From the IMG/VR virus record IMGVR_UViG_3300042560_001826, positions 32,001 through 96,000 of that record: a DNA stretch of 64,000 nucleotides; one strand, given 5' to 3'. The notes below the pieces were generated by a model. It was not told the origin of the DNA. It made no database searches and saw only the letters and a program-made list of their open reading frames with translations. A program made the translations under genes and the position numbers. This DNA comes from a virus. Shown piece by piece: positions 55,347 through 61,801 of the stretch; position 1 is the first letter of the stretch; every line of letters starts with the position of its first letter.

Positions 55347-55631
55347 TTAGTCTGCCAAGATGACTTGTGGCGTACCGTTGGCACTCCAACGGATCGCAAC
55401 CTTCTTGCCTGCCTGCTTGCCTGCCTGACGGATTTGGGCAGATACCTTAGCCTTCTCCGTCTTAGCCTTCGGACTGTTGGGGTTCACGGTCATTCCCGTG
55501 AGTTTCAGTCCTTGACCCTTCTTGAGCTTGGAAATTGCGCCTACGAGGGCAGGGCTCACGGTGGACTTACGCCCACGCTTGGAAAATTCCAAGTCCTGCT
55601 CGGAGACAATCTCAAAATTGTCTGTTGCCAT
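55347..55631 (-). CDS. Small basic protein, family A
   Basis: FEIVSEQDLEFSKRGRKS...IRQAGKQAGKKVAIRW..NGTP; hairpin terminator near 55296-55328. Confidence 0.8.
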   Translation of the reverse strand: MATDNFEIVSEQDLEFSKRGRKSTVSPALVGAISKLKKGQGLKLTGMTVNPNSPKAKTEKAKVSAQIRQAGKQAGKKVAIRWSANGTPQVILAD

Positions 55632-55821
55632 TGTTGTGGTATTCCCTTCTGAGCCTTACTTAGATTTGGGGCTCCGTTGTTGTTTAGAACACTATCCAAT
55701 AGGGGAAAACGACGCAAGTATGCGAACAGTCAAAAAACGCTGTATTTATTGGGGTTTTTGAGTGTGTGTCGTGAGTCACACGGTAGAAAAATGGAGATTT
55801 CCATAAATTACACGACCCTAC

Positions 55822-55835
55822 CGAACAAGTGTTTG
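55822..55835. promoter_or_regulatory. LexA (SOS) box CGAACAAGTGTTTG
   Basis: Matches CGAACRNRYGTTYG; upstream of the 55631 gene. Confidence 0.6.
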
Positions 55836-56044
55836 GTGAGGTATTGTGAGATTAGATCCCATAAACTTTCTTGTGTGTAAAATTACATTTACGAAAGAGT
55901 ACTAAATTTTTATTACATGTCAGTAATGTTACAGAGGGTGTAAGTTTTAGTCCCCCCAAAACTTACACCCTTCGTAATATTACCTAGATGAGCTATAAAA
56001 TTACACGGGCCGGTAAGCCCGTGTAACTTTACTGCCGTGTAATA

Positions 56045-56416
56045 CTAGGCTGTTGCCAAAACGCTAATGGCTTGGCGTATCGGATACCCATTCTGGATAA
56101 ATTGGTGGCGTATATCAACAGGCACCTGTGTAAGTTTACGCATCGCCTCATCTTGGGCATTTACGAGGGTAAGCATTTCCGCCAAATATTCCATAGCGGT
56201 ATGATTAGAAACTAACGGTAAACCGTGTTCGGTCATTTCCGCGAGCTTATCTAACGCGCCTGTAATTTTATCGGAGAGGTCATCACCGATTTCCTCGCGC
56301 CCGATTTCCAGAATGATACCGAGGTCGTGGAATATTAGGGATCGTGTTCTCGTAGCTTTACTAGTGAGAATTACGCCTTCCGCAAATCGTTCTTCGTTCA
56401 TTATTTTTTCCTCCAT
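56045..56416 (-). CDS. Hypothetical protein (stand-alone cassette)
   Basis: 123 aa; likely GGAGG RBS for ATG 56401; hairpins downstream. Confidence 0.55.
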   Translation of the reverse strand: MEEKIMNEERFAEGVILTSKATRTRSLIFHDLGIILEIGREEIGDDLSDKITGALDKLAEMTEHGLPLVSNHTAMEYLAEMLTLVNAQDEAMRKLTQVPVDIRHQFIQNGYPIRQAISVLATA

Positions 56417-56717
56417 AGTTCTTCGTAAAACGCTCGCCTCTTTTGTTGCCAGCGTGTAATTTTTGGGTGGATAATAAATGCTATTATTACTGACAGTAGG
56501 AATATCTTGATATTGGTCATACTTCCATTTTACAAAACTTACACAACCAATACAAGGATCACATTTTCCATAAAGGGTAAGGCCTAGTAATCTTACACAC
56601 TAAAAGAATGAGGCTTAGTAATATTACACCTGCCATACCGGTGCTCCATAAAGATCTAATTATGTAATATTACTGAGCTGTAATAATTGTTGCTAATGGT
56701 AAGATTACGCGATCACG

Positions 56718-56731
56718 CGAACAAATGTTTG
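56718..56731. promoter_or_regulatory. LexA (SOS) box CGAACAAATGTTTG
   Basis: Matches CGAACRNRYGTTYG; upstream of the TGTATGCT -10 element of the 56823 gene. Confidence 0.6.
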
Positions 56732-56822
56732 GTCGGCCGGTGATCGTCGATCGTGCCTATTGTTGCGATCGTGTATGCTTACTATGTCGGCAATTCCGCC
56801 GACACTCACGAAAGGCAAGGCA

Positions 56823-57239
56823 ATGAAGGCAAAGGCAAAAGCGTTCGCAAAGGCGATGAGTGTTCTCATCGGTAATGCGAACAAGGTACGCGCCAAAAAA
56901 GGCGTGAAGCGTATCTACGACAGCGCGGTACTCAATACCGCTATTGGTACGGCACTACAAAAAGGCGTTTTGCCAAAAGGCGAGAACGCTCGCCTATGGT
57001 GCTTCGCAAATGATGCCGTTGTTGTAGATGTTCGGACTATCGTTCACGAAAACATCGGTGATGAAGCATCGCACGAACGACCCGAAAATACTGTTCGTGC
57101 GAGACTCATCACGCTTGCGAAACTAAACAAAGACATCACGAAGCTTGCCTATGTTCGTTATCTCACGAACGGTACGCCTAGTGCCGATGATGCGAACAAC
57201 GACGACGCTTACAAAGTTTTCATTTTCCGTAAGCGTTAG
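56823..57239 (+). CDS. Basic protein, family B
   Basis: AKKGVKRIY...RPENTVRARLI...AYKVFIFRKR; GAAAGG RBS. Confidence 0.8.
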   Translation: MKAKAKAFAKAMSVLIGNANKVRAKKGVKRIYDSAVLNTAIGTALQKGVLPKGENARLWCFANDAVVVDVRTIVHENIGDEASHERPENTVRARLITLAKLNKDITKLAYVRYLTNGTPSADDANNDDAYKVFIFRKR

Positions 57240-57251
57240 AAACAAAAAGAG

Positions 57252-57284
57252 TGACGGGGCGGAAACGCCCCGTCATTTTTTTTT
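57252..57284 (+). terminator. Rho-independent terminator
   Basis: TGACGGGGCG-GAAA-CGCCCCGTCA followed by a T run. Confidence 0.9.
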
Positions 57285-57555
57285 GTATCCGTTTAGTCGA
57301 GTAGCCCGGACTAATTAGATTTCGTTCCATAAAAGGTACACGCTTGTAAGATTACAAAATCGTACTGAATTTTTATGCATAATGCTGCATGATTATGCGG
57401 GTGCGTCTCTACGCAAAGCTGTGAGCTCCACCCGCGTAATCTTACACCGTAAAGGGTTAGCTTTGTAATGTTACACAGCATGACTTGCATCGACTAATAG
57501 ATCGTGTAGACTATTGGTATCGGCAATCCTGCCGATCATCACGAAAGGTTACACA

Positions 57556-57762
57556 ATGTCCACATTTGAAACACACGACGAGATAATCCAGAAGGTTCGT
57601 ACCTTCTATCGGGAGACCTACAACATGTCCGAATCAGCCCTGCCATGCCATAACTGCATGTTTGAGCAAGAGCCAGACACCGAATGTGGCTATGTCTGGA
57701 TAACCTGCGAAGCCGACAACATGAATAATGATTCAGACGGTTGCAATTGGGGTAATGTTTAG
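57556..57762 (+). CDS. 68-aa Cys-rich acidic protein (stand-alone cassette)
   Basis: TTGCAT-16-TAGACT promoter, shared leader hairpin, GAAAGG RBS, terminator near 57779-57812. Confidence 0.7.
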   Translation: MSTFETHDEIIQKVRTFYRETYNMSESALPCHNCMFEQEPDTECGYVWITCEADNMNNDSDGCNWGNV

Positions 57763-58006
57763 TTACAACTAAGTAAGTAAAGCCCGGTCCTAACCCCCTG
57801 GGGCCGGGCTTTATTTATTATTACCTTATAGTAATCTTACCTATAATGATCTCCATAAAGATAATGAATACTAAACTTACTTATTAGTAATGTTACACGC
57901 CAACCGTAACATTACCGGGCTATCGGTTGCCCCGGTCGATCAAGGGTAGAAAGAGAAAGAACCCCACCTACCCTTTCGGGTAAGTGGGGTTCTTGTGTTC
58001 TGTTCG

Positions 58007-58525
58007 CTACTTCGTGCGAACGATAAACACTTTCTCGCACTCATTAGTCACGCCGTTCTCAAGCCATGACTCTTGAGCCATTCGTGCATCAACGGCCCAG
58101 ATAACGGTGAGATCGCCCAGAATGAGCTTACTCTTCTGCCAACTGATGAGCCTTGCACGAACGGCATTGTCGGCACGGTAGTTCGTAGCCTTACTGCACA
58201 CTTCGCTACGAAGAACGAACGGCACTTCGTTCTGGAGACAGAACTTCAGAAGTTGTGCTTTGCTCTTCTTGACGGGTTCGCCGTTCGCATCAACAGTCCA
58301 TGTCTCAAGAACGGGTTTCGTTGATGCAATAGAAACTGCTCGCATCAGAAGTTCAGCACCGTCATTCGTTGAGAATGGCTTTACTCTCTTCTTCTTATTC
58401 TTCTCATTGCAAGAAGAAAGTTTCTCAACGGACTTCTGAAAGAGTCCCGACGCTTTCGCGCCGAAAGACTGAACTTCTTTCTTTCTACCTTTCGCTACTT
58501 TCGTAGCCTTTCTCTTCTTCGCCAT
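58007..58525 (-). CDS. Basic protein, family B
   Basis: KKKRVKPF...RADNAVRARLI...EKVFIVRTK; terminator near 57957-57993. Confidence 0.8.
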   Translation of the reverse strand: MAKKRKATKVAKGRKKEVQSFGAKASGLFQKSVEKLSSCNEKNKKKRVKPFSTNDGAELLMRAVSIASTKPVLETWTVDANGEPVKKSKAQLLKFCLQNEVPFVLRSEVCSKATNYRADNAVRARLISWQKSKLILGDLTVIWAVDARMAQESWLENGVTNECEKVFIVRTK

Positions 58526-58835
58526 TGTGCTCTTACCTTTCGTGATAGTGGGCCGAATTGCCCACTAGTAGAAGTGTAACAGAACTAGGTGAGATTACAA
58601 CGATCCAATTTCTGCATTACAATTCACACTCATGCATGATCATGCATAAATGATTAGGAAATCACACTAAATTGTAATCTTACATGCATAATTATTCAGC
58701 GGGTGCGTCAGAAACGCGAAGCTGTCTGCTCCACCCGCCGTAACATTACGCCGTAAAGGGTTAGATCTAGTAACATTACACGGAAGTAAGGTAATAAAAA
58801 CCCCGCCCGGTTTTTAATCGAGCGGGGTTCTTTTA

Positions 58836-58937
58836 TTACTTGCGATTGCGGAAGTAAGCTAAAACGCTTACGCTGAACACAACAGCAAGAATGAGCGAGT
58901 AAGAAACATACTCACTAATGTTGAGGGTAAGTTGCAT
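58836..58937 (-). CDS. 33-aa single-pass membrane peptide (not in the ORF track)
   Basis: MQLTLNISEYVSYSLILAVVFSVSVLAYFRNRK; GAAAGGAG RBS; terminator near 58793-58837. Confidence 0.7.
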   Translation of the reverse strand: MQLTLNISEYVSYSLILAVVFSVSVLAYFRNRK

Positions 58938-59210
58938 TGTGATCTCCTTTCTTACTATCCAGCCTACAAACATTACACAGATAATACAAGCACCTATTAC
59001 CTCATAAAGTGTAAGGTATCGTAATATTACTCATTAAAAATGAGACACTCATAGACTCTAATAGCGTTGGTGGCGTAATGTTACACACACTAAAAATGAG
59101 AGAGGGATCTGTGTAAGGTTACTTGGTGTGTGCCCCGGTCGATCGGGCCGGGGGTACATAGCAGAACCCCCACCCCTTGCGGGGTGGGGGCTTGCGGGGG
59201 ATTGGGGGTG

Positions 59211-59660
59211 CTACTTGGTCTTGCGGTAGAGCAGAACCTCGTAGGCTTGGGGGTTCTTGGGATCAATCGCAGGGTTCCCCTTGCCATTGACTAGCACCCT
59301 CAGATAGCCCACCTTGCCGACCTGACTATCTACCTTGGTGAGGCTCAGTAGTCGGGCGTTGATGGTGAGGTCAGGTCGCTTGAATAGGTTCGGGGTGAGG
59401 TGGCGCACTACCTGACGGACATCCACCCTGACGGTATGCGGGCTAGTGCGTACCTCGTGCTTGGTGATAGCGGGCAGGCTCAGGGCTTGGGCTACTGCGG
59501 TGAGCAGATAGTTAGCACCCTTATCCTCGTAGTGACGCTTGACCCCACGCTTGGCGTTGAGGTCACGCTTGGCGGTGCGCTTGGCGGTAAGGGTGCGCAT
59601 AGTCTGCGTCACCTTAGCCTTGCTCACCCCCTTGCGGTTGGTCTTGGTCTTGGTTGCCAT
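59211..59660 (-). CDS. Basic protein, family B
   Basis: AKRGVKRHY...RPDLTINARLL...AYEVLLYRKTK; GAGAGG RBS; terminator near 59167-59190. Confidence 0.8.
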   Translation of the reverse strand: MATKTKTNRKGVSKAKVTQTMRTLTAKRTAKRDLNAKRGVKRHYEDKGANYLLTAVAQALSLPAITKHEVRTSPHTVRVDVRQVVRHLTPNLFKRPDLTINARLLSLTKVDSQVGKVGYLRVLVNGKGNPAIDPKNPQAYEVLLYRKTK

Positions 59661-59885
59661 TGGTACTGCCTCTCTGTGCTTGGGCTTGGCGGGATGCCTC
59701 ACCTCGTTGATAACTACCTTAGCCGATACCTAGCCCTATTCCTACCTCGTAGCCTTACCTCGCAAGATTACCTATCCGACAGAATTACCCTAAAACCCTT
59801 ATTCTATGCGGGTTCTAGCGTCGATCCTATGACGAAACTAATCGTTACCTAATCGTAACATAACAGATCACCCTATTGACCCCCC

Positions 59886-59899
59886 CGAACACAGGTTCG
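59886..59899. promoter_or_regulatory. LexA (SOS) box CGAACACAGGTTCG
   Basis: Perfect CGAAC-N4-GTTCG palindrome in the divergent intergenic region. Confidence 0.7.
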
Positions 59900-59973
59900 C
59901 CCTAGGGGTTAGATATAGCATAACCCTGCATAGAAATATACTAAAATTTTTGATACAATGGCGCGGAATGGCT

Positions 59974-60018
59974 TTCTAATGAAATTGCTTCTAATGAAAT
60001 TACTTCTAATGAAATTGC
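59974..60018 (+). repeat. Tandem repeat, 3 x 15 bp TTCTAATGAAATT(G/A)C
   Basis: Read directly. Confidence 0.95.
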
Positions 60019-60247
60019 CGGGAATAATTGCCGGGGTTAACTCTTCTCAGACAAAGGCGGGGTTGGATAGACCTATCTCGCTGGTAGTGGTGGGCGAGAT
60101 AGGCGCTCACAAAACCGGGATCTCCGGATCGGGATCACCGGTTGGAGCAACCCCGTAACAAGGAATCCGGGGTTATCGGGCGTAACTATAACGGTCCCAA
60201 GGTATTGGGATGCCCGATGGAAACTATTTCACATAAATAATTTCCGG
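60018..60247 (+). ncRNA. Candidate structured ncRNA carrying 16S and 23S rRNA motifs
   Basis: Four consecutive hairpins; 23/24 match to the 23S H69 region at 60181-60204; 16S motif CGTAACAAGG at 60154-60163. Confidence 0.6.
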
Positions 60248-60265
60248 GATTTATTCTACCAGATA

Positions 60266-61036
60266 TTACTCCCAATACCAACTATTTTCTTTTTCATTAT
60301 CTCTCCATCCACCGTAGGGAGCCGACTGCTCGGTTTGTGGAGCTTGTGGGGCTTTTAGGTCTTGTGGGTTTTGTGGGGCTTGTGTAGATTGTGTAGTACT
60401 TTTTTGGCCCACCACTTCATAATCATATCTGTCATCATCTGAGGTAAGCCATTTATCCCCGTCTTCTACATCCCATAATGTTTCATTAATTAACCGGTTT
60501 ATTAGATTCTGCCCCTTCTTTGTTGTGTATGAGGGATCCCATAATCTAACCCGGTTGTTTGGTTGGATTGCAAAGTTACCGTCTTTTCTTTCAATTACAT
60601 GACCGCATTTGTGTTGACCCGGATTTGTGGAATAGTTCGTATTGATTGTATTAATATCAGGACTATGCCAATCAAGGGTAAACATATATTTTCCATCAAT
60701 TTTATTCTTATGCCGATCGGTATATGTCATTGCCATACCCCGCATGTGCTCAAAGACCGTAACGGTGATGTACGACGAAAAGCTGTTCCACATCACCAAG
60801 TCTTTTAGATCCACCTCCGGAGCGTCTGGATGGGCGCAGAATGCATTTATAGGTGCTCTCCACCAAACCCCGCCATCTTCCATTAGAAAATGAAATACGG
60901 GCGCTCTGTCGGGGATTGAAGCTACACCGAAGATTACGCACGGGAACTTGAGGTTGTGACTGTCTTGTTGGTTTCTTAGAAAATTGCCACGCACATAGCA
61001 TTCAATAGGCGGAATTGAGGCGTTCAGTTCAGGCAT
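60266..61036 (-). CDS. Hypothetical phage protein
   Basis: 256-aa ORF; HKCGHVI...GNFAIQPNNR. Confidence 0.7.
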   Translation of the reverse strand: MPELNASIPPIECYVRGNFLRNQQDSHNLKFPCVIFGVASIPDRAPVFHFLMEDGGVWWRAPINAFCAHPDAPEVDLKDLVMWNSFSSYITVTVFEHMRGMAMTYTDRHKNKIDGKYMFTLDWHSPDINTINTNYSTNPGQHKCGHVIERKDGNFAIQPNNRVRLWDPSYTTKKGQNLINRLINETLWDVEDGDKWLTSDDDRYDYEVVGQKSTTQSTQAPQNPQDLKAPQAPQTEQSAPYGGWRDNEKENSWYWE

Positions 61037-61055
61037 GGTGCAATCTTATCATACA

Positions 61056-61634
61056 TTACGGTTTCTGCCCTCTGCCTTGGCGGAAATCAATATTCATAAT
61101 TAGCCTGAATGGATTATGAACTGGGCTGCTGGATGCGTGGAGTTTGGATCCGTCAAAGATAATTGCACGACCAGCTTCTGGCTCAACGCAGTCCTCAACT
61201 TCCAGATCATTATTAAAGAAATATGTCGGCCCATCTGATTCATTGATGTAATATAAACAAACCATATGTGGAACTTTAGTACCGTCATCATATTTCATAT
61301 CTGTATGAGGCACATGTGATTGATAATTGGAATATGGTGGGTGTGGAGTGAGCATATTGACTTTACATCTAAATAATGTTATTAGACCGCAAGTTAATTC
61401 AATTGCTTTTAGTATTGGCATTGCCATAGGTAAATGTGGTGATGCTTTTTCTTCACCATACATGTACATCTGATGGGAGAATTGAACTGGGGAATAAAAC
61501 ATCTTTTCTAGATCAGCCTGATCGCTGGTAAAGATATGGGATGGATATAAGCGATAGGCAAACTTTCTATCCATGACATAATCATGAATTTCCCGCTGCT
61601 GTTTTTCCGGAATAAAATTATTAATTATTTTCAT
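61056..61634 (-). CDS. 2OG-Fe(II) oxygenase superfamily protein
   Basis: PHTD...LYYINESDGPT...FDGSKLHAS...R; start moved to MKIINN, outside the tRNA. Confidence 0.8.
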   Translation of the reverse strand: MKIINNFIPEKQQREIHDYVMDRKFAYRLYPSHIFTSDQADLEKMFYSPVQFSHQMYMYGEEKASPHLPMAMPILKAIELTCGLITLFRCKVNMLTPHPPYSNYQSHVPHTDMKYDDGTKVPHMVCLYYINESDGPTYFFNNDLEVEDCVEPEAGRAIIFDGSKLHASSSPVHNPFRLIMNIDFRQGRGQKP

Positions 61635-61636
61635 AG

Positions 61637-61712
61637 TTCGGGCGGTGGGAATTGAACCCACATGTCACCGTTACGGTTTCTACACCTTATAAGAGTGAGC
61701 CGATACGCCCGA
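61637..61712 (-). tRNA. Atypical tRNA-Ile(UAU)-like gene with no D-arm and a long variable arm
   Basis: TCGGGCG/CGCCCGA acceptor; CACT-CTTATAA-GGTG; ACCG-TAA-CGGT; GTGGG-TTCAATT-CCCAC. Confidence 0.7.
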
Positions 61713-61720
61713 CTGTTTTG

Positions 61721-61793
61721 CTCCCAGAGTAGGGCTCGAACCTACGACCAACGGATTAACAGTCCGACGCTCTGCCAACTGAGCTATCTGGGA
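61721..61793 (-). tRNA. tRNA-Asn(GUU)
   Basis: TCCCAGA/TCTGGGA; CGGA-CT-GTT-AA-TCCG; GTAGG-TTCGAGC-CCTAC. Confidence 0.95.
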
Positions 61794-61801
61794 AAGATTA
61801 T

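Larger units (their letters stand above)
53334..59122. repeat. Dispersed palindrome GTAA-NN-TTAC, about 38 copies, nearly all intergenic
   Basis: For example 53334, 53348, 53363, 54113, 54130, 54165, 55113, 55151, 55213, 56587, 56618, 57436, 57831, 58674, 59021, 59075. Confidence 0.95.

Noticed and set aside
53300-59200. CRISPR array (a Cas4-like gene is present at 25264)
   Set aside because: Repeats are 10-bp palindromes at irregular spacing, not 25-45 bp repeats with uniform spacers; stand-alone Cas4-like nucleases are common in phages.
33022-59949. 16-bp direct repeat AAATATACTAAAATTT (33022-33037 and 59934-59949) as att sites
   Set aside because: Very AT-rich, so plausible by chance or as a TATACT promoter element; no integrase is visible in the window.
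59958-60158. 66-aa ORF with MKLLL repeats
   Set aside because: No RBS; the peptide repeat follows from a 15-bp DNA tandem repeat, and the region is better explained as structured RNA. A leaderless ORF is not fully excluded.
60150-60210. True rRNA gene
   Set aside because: Similarity is limited to 8-24 nt motifs from two different rRNAs, and the flanks are not rRNA-like.
61635-61661. ORF-track start of the 2OG oxygenase at 61661
   Set aside because: It lies inside the tRNA-like gene; ATG 61634 is more plausible.
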